A stretch of DNA of 59,686 bases from an uncultured Candidatus Peribacteria bacterium. Lineage in GTDB: Bacteria > Patescibacteriota > Gracilibacteria > Peribacterales > Peribacteraceae. The position numbers were made by a program, and so were the translations under genes. Where the stretch lies: positions 1 through 59,686 of the forward strand of contig CAZLYW010000002.1 of the NCBI GenBank assembly GCA_964563915.1, written 5' to 3'. The notes beneath the pieces are model-generated. The model was not told the DNA's origin. It ran no database searches and saw only the letters and a program-made list of their open reading frames with translations. How positions within the stretch are numbered: position 1 is the stretch's first letter; the number at the start of each line of letters is the position of its first letter. Positions 50,217 to 58,477 of the stretch are shown here, piece after piece.

Positions 50217-51599
50217 TCATGCAGAATAACCAGCCGCTTCCGCCTCCTCCGCCGTCCCGAACAAGATACGGTTCTCCTCCTTGATCTTCTGCGCTGCGGC
50301 CGAATCGGCAGGATAATATTTCTTGCCGGTTTGGGAGGCGATGAAGCCTGATGCGGGTGCGGGTCGTTCGGCACCTTCGGTGCCGTGCGCGGGCAGAATG
50401 CCCGCGCTGGTTTCCGATTTGGCATCGCTCAGCGTTTTCAGTTTGGCTTCCTCTTCCTCACGTTCACGTTTAATGCGTTCCATCGTCTCCTTATCGATGG
50501 GCTTCAGCGCCTTCACGGAGAGGCCGATCCGGCGCTCGTCGACGTCGATGTTGATCACCTGCGCGTCGACCTTCTGGCCGATCGTCAGCACTTCCGCGGG
50601 ATCGGTGACCTTGTGGTGCGCGACTTCGCTCAGGTGCACCAGACCGTTGATGTCCTTCTCGAGCTTGAGGAACGCGCCGTAGTCGGCGAAGCGGACGACG
50701 GTGCCGGTCACGCGCTTGCCCACGGGGTAGCGCTCCGCAATCTCCTCCCACGGGTCCTTGGTCAGTTGCTTGATGCTGAGGCTGAGCTTTTCTCCATCCA
50801 CGCCGATCACCTTCACCGTCACGCGGTCGCCGATCTGCGCGAACTCCGACGGATTCTTCACATGGCCCCACGCAATCTCGGAGATATGCACGAGGCCTTC
50901 GAGCCCGTCGAAGGCGACAAAGAGCCCGAACTTCACGATGCCGCTCACCATGCCCTCCTTCATGTCGCCGACTTTCAAGTGCTCGAGTGCCTTCGAGCGT
51001 TGCTCACTCAGGGCCTCGCGCTCGGAGACGACGATCTTCCCGGCTTCCTCGTCCATCGTGATGATCTTCACGATGAACCGGTGTCCGAGGAACTTCTGCA
51101 AGCGAGAGATGATTTCACTCGCGTCGGCATTGTTGACGCGAGGATAGTTCACCGGCGCTAATTGGCTGACCGGGAGGAACGTCCGAATGCCGTCGATGTT
51201 CGCGAGTAACCCTCCTTTGTTTGCTTCCTGCGCGACGAACTCCATTGTCGCGTCGGTCTCCACCAGATGGTGGAAGCGGTCCCAGGCCTTCTGCTGGCTC
51301 GCCATGCGGAGACTCAGGACGATCATGCCTTCGTCGTTCTCTTCCTCCAGCACTAGTGCCGTGACAGGGTCGCCGATTTTCAGCTCCCGGAACGTGTTGA
51401 ACGAGTCGCGGAGCTCCCGGCCCGAGACGATGCCGGTCGCGATGCCCTTGATATCGAGGAGCAGCTTGTTCTTTCCACGGTAGACGACGGTGCCTTCGAT
51501 CAACTCGCCGGGCTGAACCCGGATCGGCATCGGAGCGTCCTTCAGCAGTTGATCCATCAGGGAATTCGTTTGCGTTGCAGGTGCAGTGCGCGGCGACAT
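50217..51599 (-). CDS. rpsA: 30S ribosomal protein S1 (four S1 domains) with an extra C-terminal module
   Basis: Four S1/OB repeats (G.IEGTVV, ...G..V.G.V......G.FV......G..H.SE). Followed by an acidic linker and a ~40-aa terminal module (KKYYPADSAAAQKIKEENRILFGTAEEAEAAGY). Confidence 0.9.
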   Translation of the reverse strand: MSPRTAPATQTNSLMDQLLKDAPMPIRVQPGELIEGTVVYRGKNKLLLDIKGIATGIVSGRELRDSFNTFRELKIGDPVTALVLEEENDEGMIVLSLRMASQQKAWDRFHHLVETDATMEFVAQEANKGGLLANIDGIRTFLPVSQLAPVNYPRVNNADASEIISRLQKFLGHRFIVKIITMDEEAGKIVVSEREALSEQRSKALEHLKVGDMKEGMVSGIVKFGLFVAFDGLEGLVHISEIAWGHVKNPSEFAQIGDRVTVKVIGVDGEKLSLSIKQLTKDPWEEIAERYPVGKRVTGTVVRFADYGAFLKLEKDINGLVHLSEVAHHKVTDPAEVLTIGQKVDAQVINIDVDERRIGLSVKALKPIDKETMERIKREREEEEAKLKTLSDAKSETSAGILPAHGTEGAERPAPASGFIASQTGKKYYPADSAAAQKIKEENRILFGTAEEAEAAGYSA

Positions 51600-51690
51600 A
51601 GAAAGAGAAGGTGCGAGGGGAGAAGTAAGGGGCCGTCATTCCCGCACGAGCGATGACAGACGAGCATATTGTACACACAGACTTGGGTAA

Positions 51691-51772
51691 GTCAAAAGAA
51701 GCAAAGGACTAAAAGGACTCAAAGGAAAAGACGAAACGAAACAGAGGACAAGAGGAAAAAGAGCAAAAGAGG
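51691..51772. repeat. purine-rich arm (left) of a long inverted repeat enclosing the four-helix-bundle gene
   Basis: GTCAAAAGAAGCAAAGGACT..CAAAGGAA is complementary to TTCCTCTGAGTCCTTTGCGTCTTTTGTCTC at 52289-52318. The inner GACGAAACG is complementary to CGTTTCGTC (52248-56). Confidence 0.7.
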
Positions 51773-52129
51773 CTATGTACAATTTTGGCTGAGGCGCATG
51801 AGCAGATAACCAACTCGGTTGATCCAATCATGCCCATTTGCGAAAGCTTCTTGGTCGAGATAGCCCACGTCGCGAGCTATCCGCATCTGACAATGCAATT
51901 CTTCTAGAGAGGATTGTGCGATGTTAAAGAACCGTCGTTTGTCTTTTTTCGTTCTTCTGCTATTCCCCTCAGCAATATTCATGGGCACGCTGTATGCCGA
52001 TCTGCGCATTTGATCCGCCAACGCAAATTTTTCATGTTCTGGAAATGTAGCGGCAAGCGTATTGATCCATAAGAACAATTTATGAGCCTCTTGCCACACG
52101 ATGAGTCGTTCATATGGTCGCTGATACAT
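51773..52129 (-). CDS. four-helix-bundle protein (23S rRNA intervening-sequence protein family)
   Basis: YERLIVWQEAHKL......L...FP..EKFALADQMRRSAYSVPMNIAEGNSR....D..RF..IA.SSL.EL is the family pattern. ATG at 52129. Confidence 0.85.
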   Translation of the reverse strand: MYQRPYERLIVWQEAHKLFLWINTLAATFPEHEKFALADQMRRSAYSVPMNIAEGNSRRTKKDKRRFFNIAQSSLEELHCQMRIARDVGYLDQEAFANGHDWINRVGYLLMRLSQNCT

Positions 52130-52247
52130 GAATTGACAATCCCAGATCGCCAGTCCGAAAAAAAGGTAGCAGTGAAATATCATTTTTCTCATTCAAGACT
52201 TTTCCTCATGCAAAAGCTAAAACTGGACGTTCTACACCCCTGTGGAA

Positions 52248-52318
52248 CGTTTCGTCTATTCCTCTTCTCCTCTCATCTTTTCCTCTGCTTCCTCTGAGTC
52301 CTTTGCGTCTTTTGTCTC
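52248..52318. repeat. pyrimidine-rich arm (right) of the inverted repeat enclosing the four-helix-bundle gene
   Basis: Reverse complement of the left arm (see 51691-51772). Confidence 0.7.
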
Positions 52319-52320
52319 AA

Positions 52321-53037
52321 TTAGAGCGTCGTCCTATCAATCTTCAACTTCTCCTCCTCCACCGGCAACTTCTGTTCCTGACTCGTCTTCGGATTGTAAA
52401 TCTTGTAGTACAGCTCGATCAGCTCATGCGTCGTCAGCCGCTTGCTGATCAGACCGACGTTCTCGAGGCCCGACTGCACCAGGTTCACGCGGTCCTTCAG
52501 GCCGCGGGCGCCGGAGGAGAAGTCACGCGCGCGCTGGGCGGCTTTCGCCGTGGAATCATCGGGGCTGATCCAGCTGAAGAACTGTTCGAAGATTCCCTTG
52601 CGGCGCACGCTCTGGTCGAACGGCACGATGACGTAGAAGCGCTTCTGCATGATGTCGGCGACGTCGATGAGCCGCTCGACGAAATCGGCGTACGAGAGGG
52701 TCTGATTCTTCAGGAGCTCGTTCTGCTGACTGCCCGCGAGAACGCGGAGATGCTCGAGGTACGGATCGATGTTCATCTTCGCTGACCGGACGACGACCTG
52801 GAGCGGGAAGCTGAGAGTGTTCACGAGTCCCTCGTAGCCTGCGATGATGCCTTGCTGCTCGGTCTCGCTCTTGAGATTGAAGTTCAGTGCTTCGACCAGG
52901 AGTACTGCCCGGAGGCCGCCGTTCTTCAGGAGGACAGTGTCGTTCTTGATCTCCGCGATCGGGAGGAACCGCTGCGTCGAGGTTAAGGCGCTCTGCTTGC
53001 GGCTGCGCACGGTGCTTTTCAGATTCACGATGGCCAT
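52321..53037 (-). CDS. VirB4/TrbE N-terminal-domain-only protein (no ATPase domain)
   Basis: TQRFLPIAEIKNDTVLLKNGGLRAVLLVEALNFNLKSETEQQGIIAGYEGLVNTLSFPLQVVV....MNIDPYLEHL and ...LTTHELIELYYKIYNP match the N-domain pattern of Gram-positive/CPR VirB4 proteins. The ORF stops where the ATPase domain would begin. Confidence 0.65.
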   Translation of the reverse strand: MAIVNLKSTVRSRKQSALTSTQRFLPIAEIKNDTVLLKNGGLRAVLLVEALNFNLKSETEQQGIIAGYEGLVNTLSFPLQVVVRSAKMNIDPYLEHLRVLAGSQQNELLKNQTLSYADFVERLIDVADIMQKRFYVIVPFDQSVRRKGIFEQFFSWISPDDSTAKAAQRARDFSSGARGLKDRVNLVQSGLENVGLISKRLTTHELIELYYKIYNPKTSQEQKLPVEEEKLKIDRTTL

Positions 53038-53675
53038 GAGCTCTGGGGAGGGAGGACGTCGCGGAAGACGGAGAGGTCGCTGAAGTTCGTTGTTGCGGAA
53101 GCGGGGGAGTCCACCTGAATCTGTTCGGGACGGACGGGAGAAGGGGTCTTCTGAGCGAGTTCGGGCTCGGGCTCGGGTTGGGGTTGGGACAGAGTCATTG
53201 CCGGACTATCCTTGGCCGCCATTTGCGCTGCCGGTTGTACGTCGCGATCGACGACTTTGGTCAGCTCGGCAATCCGGTCTTCCGCGCTGCGCTGCGCGAC
53301 AACGGGTTGCTTCGCGGCATCGTCGTCCTTCTTGGCTGTCGCCGACGTGCGGATGGTGATGGAGATCCCCGTACGCGGTGCCCACGTGCGTAGAGACGGC
53401 TTCTGCATTTTCTCGAGCAGCAGGAAGCAGATCCTCAGCAAGCTCAGATCATTGATGTTCACGAGCGCGAACGCCGCTGCGATTGCCGCGGGCGTCCAGA
53501 GGATGACCGTGAGTGGAATGTTCATGGTCCCCAGTGACCGCTGTACCATGGTGTACAGCATGTAACTGAAGCCCCCGCCGACAGCCATGATGATGATCTG
53601 GCGCAGGCTCAGCGGACCGACCACGCGGTCCTCGATCTGCACGTTCTGGGGGATTTTGACAGCGTCGATGGGCAT
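53025..53675 (-). CDS. PrgI-family T4SS membrane protein
   Basis: VKIPQNVQIEDRVVGPLSLRQIIIMAVGGGFSYMLY followed by a second TM is the PrgI pattern. Long Pro/Gln/Ala-rich tail. ATG at 53675; 13-nt overlap with the next gene. Confidence 0.75.
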   Translation of the reverse strand: MPIDAVKIPQNVQIEDRVVGPLSLRQIIIMAVGGGFSYMLYTMVQRSLGTMNIPLTVILWTPAAIAAAFALVNINDLSLLRICFLLLEKMQKPSLRTWAPRTGISITIRTSATAKKDDDAAKQPVVAQRSAEDRIAELTKVVDRDVQPAAQMAAKDSPAMTLSQPQPEPEPELAQKTPSPVRPEQIQVDSPASATTNFSDLSVFRDVLPPQSSWPS

Positions 53676-53821
53676 AGTAAGGGGGGGTTCCCGCCTTCGC
53701 CCGCGGGCTTCGGCGGGCAGGCAGGGGAAATCCAACAATTATAGCGCAAAATGGCGTTGTACGGAAGATCCACAAACGCGACAGAAGGAACCCCTCGGCG
53801 AGGCTCGGGGCAGGCTCCAGA

Positions 53822-53851
53822 GACAAAGGATCCCGTTGAGATCCCTTTGTC
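53822..53851. repeat. AAAGGA-word hairpin downstream of clpC
   Basis: GACAAAGGATC (53822-32) pairs with GATCCCTTTGTC (53840-51) with a one-base bulge. It is followed by the GCGACAAAAGGAACAAA word (complement) up to 53880. Confidence 0.7.
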
Positions 53852-53881
53852 CCGCTTGTCGCATTTGTTCCTTTTGTCGCT

Positions 53882-56494
53882 TTATGCCGCCGCTACTTCC
53901 TCCTCCACCTCCACTGGCTTCAGCGAGGCCTTCTTCGCGTCCCCATGGAGGAACTCCAGTCCCTTCTCCCCTTTCTGCACGATGCGGATGACGTCGCCCT
54001 TGTGGAAGATCTCCTTGAGGATGTGCTCGGCGATTTCCGATTCCAGCCGTTCTTGGATGATCCGGCGGACCGGACGAGCGCCGTACTCGGGGTCGAATCC
54101 CTCCTCGGCGAGGAGATGGATCGCTTTCGGGTCAACATCGAGCGCGTACCCCTGCTCCTTCAGGCGATGCGTGAGATGATCGATGTGCATGCGGACAATC
54201 TTGCGGATGTGCTGCTGGTTCAACGCATTGAAGACGATAATGTGGTCGATGCGATTGAGGAACTCCGGCCGCAGGTTATCCTTGAGTTCCTCGATCACCT
54301 CTTTACACTTCTCCTCGTACTCCTGCGCCTCAGCCTTCGCTTCATCTTCGAGTTTGAAGCCGATTCGCGCAGCCTGCTTCGTCAACTTCTCGGCGCCGAT
54401 GTTGCTCGTCATGATGATGATTGTGTTCGTGAAATCGACCTGCTTGCCGGAGCCGTCGGTGAGCGATCCGTCTTCGAGGATTTGCAGGAGGATGTTGAAG
54501 AATTCGGGGTGGGCCTTCTCCACTTCGTCGAAGAGGACGACGGAGTAGGGCTTGCGCCGGACGGATTCGGTCAGCTGGCCGCCTTCCTCGTAGCCGACGT
54601 AGCCGGCCGTCGTCCCTGTCAGACGGGAGACATTGTGCCGCTCCATGAATTCAGACATGTCGATCTTGATGAGCGCGTCCTCGCGGTTGAAGACTTCCTT
54701 CGCGATCGTGCGGACGAGCTCAGTCTTCCCGACCCCTGTCGGTCCGAGGAAGAGGAACGAGCCGATGGGGCGCTTGGCGTCGGAAATCCCCACGCGTGAG
54801 CGGCGGATGGCGCGCGCGACCTTCTTGATCGCGTCGTCCTGACCGATGATCGATTTGCGCAGGACCTGCTCCAGGTTCGTGAGGCGCTTGGCTTCGGATT
54901 TCATGAGTTTGGTGACGGGGATGCCCGTCATGCGGCCGACGACTTCGGCGATGTCATCCTCGGTGATCTGGATCGGCGTCCGTCGGTCACCGTCCTGGCT
55001 GCTCCGCAGCTGATCGAGCTTCTCCTTCAGTTCCTGCTGTTCCTGTTTCATCTTCAGCGCAACGTGGTACTTCTGCTCCTTCACGGCCTGCTGCTGCTTG
55101 ACGACGAGCGATTCGAGCCGCTCCTCGATCTTCCGGATGTCGGGCTGCGCGCTGCCGGTGTGCTGCAGGCTCTTGCCAGCGGCGGCTTCGTCCAGCACGT
55201 CGATGGCTTTATCCGGTAGGTAACGCTCTGTGATGTAGCGCTTGCTGAGGTTTACCGACGCCTCGAGAGCGCCGTCGGTGATGGACAGGTGGTGGAACTG
55301 CTCGAAGCTCTCCTTGATGCCCTGGAGGATCTTGATCGCGTCCGGGACCACCGGTTCCTGCACCATGATCGACTGGAAGCGCCGCTCGAGAGCGCGGTCC
55401 TTCTCGATTGTCCGGTACTCATCGAGCGTCGTCGCACCAATCACGCGCAGCGCGCCGCGACTGAGAGCGGGCTTCAGGATATTCGCGGCATCCAGGGATC
55501 CTTCCGCGGCGCCCGCGCCAACGACCGTGTGCATCTCGTCGATGAACAGGATGATGGAATTGTCGCTCTTGGCTGCTTCCTTGATAATGTCGTCGAAGCG
55601 CTGCTCGAACTCCCCGCGGTACTTGGTGCCCGCGACGAGGGATCCCATGTTCAGCGTCAGCAAGCGCCTGTTCTGGAGGGTGGGAGGGACAGAGCCCGCG
55701 GCGATCCGCTGGGCCAGCCCCTCGACGATCGCGGTCTTGCCGACGCCCGGTTCGCCGATGAGGACGGGATTGTTCTTCGTCTTGCGGTTGAGGATGCGGA
55801 TGAGCCGCTCGATCTCCTCGTCGCGGCCGATGATCGGATCGATCTTCTTCTCCTTCACCTTGGTGATCAGGTCGTCCGTAAAGTAGTCGAGCACGGGTGT
55901 CTTGCTCTTACTCTCTGCCTTCTTCCGCTTGAGTCCTTCGCTCTCGCCGGCCATTGCCATTCCCGGTTGCATACCGACGATGGCCCCCTGCAGGCCGTGG
56001 AAGAACGCCTCGAGCGATTGCTCGAGGTTGCGGTTCTGCTGCTTGAACGTGTTGATCTGTCCGAACATCTCCTCGACACGCGTCTTCAGATCCTCTGGGT
56101 CCACCTGCATGTTCTCGAGCAGCAACGTTGCGGCGTTCTTGCCGGTCGAGACCAGCGAGTGGAGCAGGTGTTCGGTGCCAACGTTCGCGTGCCGGAACTT
56201 GTGCGCGGTGATCACGCTCTGTTCGATCACCGTGTGGAGGAAGGTCGAGAGTCCGTGCTTCACGTGCTGCCCTTCGATGTTCGCCGACTTCATCGCCTTG
56301 AGCAGTATCCGGACGTTCTCCTGGGTCACGCCCGCGCCGGTGAAAATCGAGAAGCCGAGGGACTTGGGAATGCTCAGGAGTCCCAGGAGCAAGTGTTCGG
56401 TCCCGATGTACGAGCTCTTCATGTTCTTCGCTTCCTGCTCGGCGATCTGGAGCGCGAGCTTGGCATTTGGAGTAAAACGGTCAAAAGGGTGCAT
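53882..56494 (-). CDS. clpC: ATP-dependent Clp protease ATP-binding subunit (ClpC type)
   Basis: Double Clp-N repeat, two AAA+ modules (GEPGVGKTA; [10 protein letters not shown]), a short ~80-aa middle domain (ClpC-like, not ClpB-length), and an IGF tripeptide (ARIGFKL) for ClpP docking. Confidence 0.9.
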   Translation of the reverse strand: MHPFDRFTPNAKLALQIAEQEAKNMKSSYIGTEHLLLGLLSIPKSLGFSIFTGAGVTQENVRILLKAMKSANIEGQHVKHGLSTFLHTVIEQSVITAHKFRHANVGTEHLLHSLVSTGKNAATLLLENMQVDPEDLKTRVEEMFGQINTFKQQNRNLEQSLEAFFHGLQGAIVGMQPGMAMAGESEGLKRKKAESKSKTPVLDYFTDDLITKVKEKKIDPIIGRDEEIERLIRILNRKTKNNPVLIGEPGVGKTAIVEGLAQRIAAGSVPPTLQNRRLLTLNMGSLVAGTKYRGEFEQRFDDIIKEAAKSDNSIILFIDEMHTVVGAGAAEGSLDAANILKPALSRGALRVIGATTLDEYRTIEKDRALERRFQSIMVQEPVVPDAIKILQGIKESFEQFHHLSITDGALEASVNLSKRYITERYLPDKAIDVLDEAAAGKSLQHTGSAQPDIRKIEERLESLVVKQQQAVKEQKYHVALKMKQEQQELKEKLDQLRSSQDGDRRTPIQITEDDIAEVVGRMTGIPVTKLMKSEAKRLTNLEQVLRKSIIGQDDAIKKVARAIRRSRVGISDAKRPIGSFLFLGPTGVGKTELVRTIAKEVFNREDALIKIDMSEFMERHNVSRLTGTTAGYVGYEEGGQLTESVRRKPYSVVLFDEVEKAHPEFFNILLQILEDGSLTDGSGKQVDFTNTIIIMTSNIGAEKLTKQAARIGFKLEDEAKAEAQEYEEKCKEVIEELKDNLRPEFLNRIDHIIVFNALNQQHIRKIVRMHIDHLTHRLKEQGYALDVDPKAIHLLAEEGFDPEYGARPVRRIIQERLESEIAEHILKEIFHKGDVIRIVQKGEKGLEFLHGDAKKASLKPVEVEEEVAAA

Positions 56495-56509
56495 ACAGTG
56501 GAGAGGGGA

Positions 56510-56536
56510 TTGGCAGTCTAATATGTGGAGTGCTAA
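56510..56536 (-). promoter_or_regulatory. CIRCE-like HrcA operator upstream of clpC
   Basis: In gene orientation it reads TTAGCACTC-N9-GACTGCCAA: left half 9/9 to consensus, right half sharing the GACTGC variant seen upstream of hrcA. It lies 16 nt upstream of the clpC ATG. Confidence 0.65.
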
Positions 56537-56647
56537 TTGTCCAGAATCTTCAGGTCATTCTACTGCAAAGACGGCTGAGAAGGGATTGTTTTACAGATCA
56601 GAAATGTGTCGATTTGAGAGAGTGTTAATCGGACTAGACATGGCTGG

Positions 56648-56725
56648 CACAAAAGGAACAAACGGAACAAAAGCGACACAAAGATTTCAAAAAGGACCCT
56701 TTGTCCCCTCTGTTCCTTTTGTCGC
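56648..56725. repeat. AAAGGA-word imperfect palindrome downstream of the AI-2E transporter gene
   Basis: GCACAAAAGGAACAAA (56648-63) pairs with TCTGTTCCTTTTGTCGC (56709-25). Inner GACACAAAG/CCTTTGTCC words. Same word family as 51691-51772 and 53822-53880. Confidence 0.65.
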
Positions 56726-58015
56726 TTATTTTTCGCGGTGAGGATGGTGCATCCTCCAGTCCTCGAGGAACAACGCGATGATGGTCGTCGTCGGGATGCT
56801 CAGGATGATGCCGAGGACGGGGTGGATGACAGTGGGGAAGCTGACGCCGACGAGCATCGCGGAGAGAATCGCGAGCGGCGAGAGGCCCACCGCCCGCTTC
56901 ATGATGAGCGGGACGAGGAGGTTATTCTCGCACCACTGGATAGCGTAGTAGATCCCCGCGACGATCAGTGCCTGGAAGAATCCGTGCTGCGTTCCGGCGA
57001 TCAGCACCGCGGGGATCGCCGCGAACAGCGGGCCGATGACGGGGATGAATTCGGTGAAGGCCGCGAGGATGCCGAGCGTCAGCGCGTACGGCATTCTTAA
57101 AATTGTCAGCGCCAGGAAAACCATGGAGCCGATCGAGAGGCAGAGCACCAGCTGCCCCCGCGCCCACTGCGCCATCTTCGTCTGAATCGCCTCGGATTTG
57201 TCCGCGATGTACGGCCGCATATTCCATGGGAGGAAACCCTTCACCCATGTGACGATCTTCTCCTTCTCGATCTGAATGAAGAAGGCCATGACGAGGATCA
57301 CGATGAGATTCGCGATGAAGTTCACGACGGAGCCTGCGAGGTGCGCGGCGAGCACGAGCGAATTCTGTGTGGTCGAGGCCAGGCTCTGGCCGAACTGCTG
57401 CAGGGCGTCGGCGAACTGGTTGATCGAGAGATTGCGGAGCGTCGATTCCACGAGCTCGGTGAGGCTCCTGTTCGCGGCCTCGGTGAGGAGCGGAAGGGAA
57501 ATCTGCGGATCGCGGAGGAAGAGGTTCACTTCGCTCTGAAGCAAGCTCGCGAGATCGATGAGCTGCGACGCGATGAGCGGGACGAGCGAGACGAGGAGGA
57601 ACACCAAAAGGAAGAGGGCGACGAAGTACTGCAGGAGAATGCCGAGGCCTCTCGGAACACCCAACCGCCGCAGGAACTGCACGCCCGGATCGATGATCAT
57701 CGCGACGAAGACCGAGAGGAAGAGCAGGACGATTTTGTCCTGCAGGAGCCATACCAGCATCACGCCGATGGCGATTGCGAGCACTGCGAACGTCGCCCGC
57801 ACGATGCTCCCGATCGAGAGGTGCATCACGACCTCGGGCAGTTCCTCTTCCCGGACGGCCCTGGGCGACTCCGTCTCCGTGAACTGCCGCTGCTGGATTG
57901 CGCGCGCTTTTGCGAACAGCTTCTGCGCCTTCTCGCCGATGATCCTCAGTGACGTGAAAGAGGAACCCTTCGCAGGCGTCCCGGGGATGCCGGTGGTGTT
58001 CTTCTTGAGAGTCAT
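56726..58015 (-). CDS. AI-2E family (PerM/UPF0118) transporter
   Basis: Multi-TM protein with the family's C-terminal pattern (LGILAAFTEFIPVIGPLFAAIPAVLIA..., GLSPLAILSAMLVG). Confidence 0.85.
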   Translation of the reverse strand: MTLKKNTTGIPGTPAKGSSFTSLRIIGEKAQKLFAKARAIQQRQFTETESPRAVREEELPEVVMHLSIGSIVRATFAVLAIAIGVMLVWLLQDKIVLLFLSVFVAMIIDPGVQFLRRLGVPRGLGILLQYFVALFLLVFLLVSLVPLIASQLIDLASLLQSEVNLFLRDPQISLPLLTEAANRSLTELVESTLRNLSINQFADALQQFGQSLASTTQNSLVLAAHLAGSVVNFIANLIVILVMAFFIQIEKEKIVTWVKGFLPWNMRPYIADKSEAIQTKMAQWARGQLVLCLSIGSMVFLALTILRMPYALTLGILAAFTEFIPVIGPLFAAIPAVLIAGTQHGFFQALIVAGIYYAIQWCENNLLVPLIMKRAVGLSPLAILSAMLVGVSFPTVIHPVLGIILSIPTTTIIALFLEDWRMHHPHREK

Positions 58016-58416
58016 CCGACGAAGATGGCGGAAACAATGGTGTCAATGATGAGGTAGGCGAGGACGACGACGACGAATCCGACGATGGCGTTCGTGATGC
58101 GCTTCTTTGCCGCTTCCTTATCGACGATGCCGGCGGGGAGCCCCGAGATCGCGTACTCGTACCCCCCCTGGATGATGTTGAAGAGCGCGAACCCGCCAGC
58201 GAGACCAAAGGCCAGGCGAATGAGGTAGGCAAGGTAGAGGGGGATACAGTCGAAGCCGAAGTCTCCCGTGATGAAGCTGCACCCGCCGATCGTTCCGTCT
58301 TGAGGGATGAGCGTGGGCTGGGCGAACACTGCATGCGGAAGTGTTGCCATCAGAACGACCAGCGCGAGCGGGATCAGCATCATCATTGAGTTCTCATTGT
58401 GGGGCATTGTGGTCAT
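58012..58416 (-). CDS. T4SS pilin-like protein (CPR/Gram-positive TrbC/VirB2-like)
   Basis: Signal peptide; DCIP..........GLAGGFALFNIIQGGY.......G....K.AAKKRITNAIVGFVVVVLAYLII matches the CIP / aGG.A / GG / ak.ri..ai.G pattern of T4SS pilins. ATGA overlap with the transporter gene. Confidence 0.65.
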   Translation of the reverse strand: MTTMPHNENSMMMLIPLALVVLMATLPHAVFAQPTLIPQDGTIGGCSFITGDFGFDCIPLYLAYLIRLAFGLAGGFALFNIIQGGYEYAISGLPAGIVDKEAAKKRITNAIVGFVVVVLAYLIIDTIVSAIFVG

Positions 58417-58477
58417 GTGAGCGATTGTTCTATCGTTCTATTGTTATAGTATAGCAATATTCCGCCATGTCTTCTAC

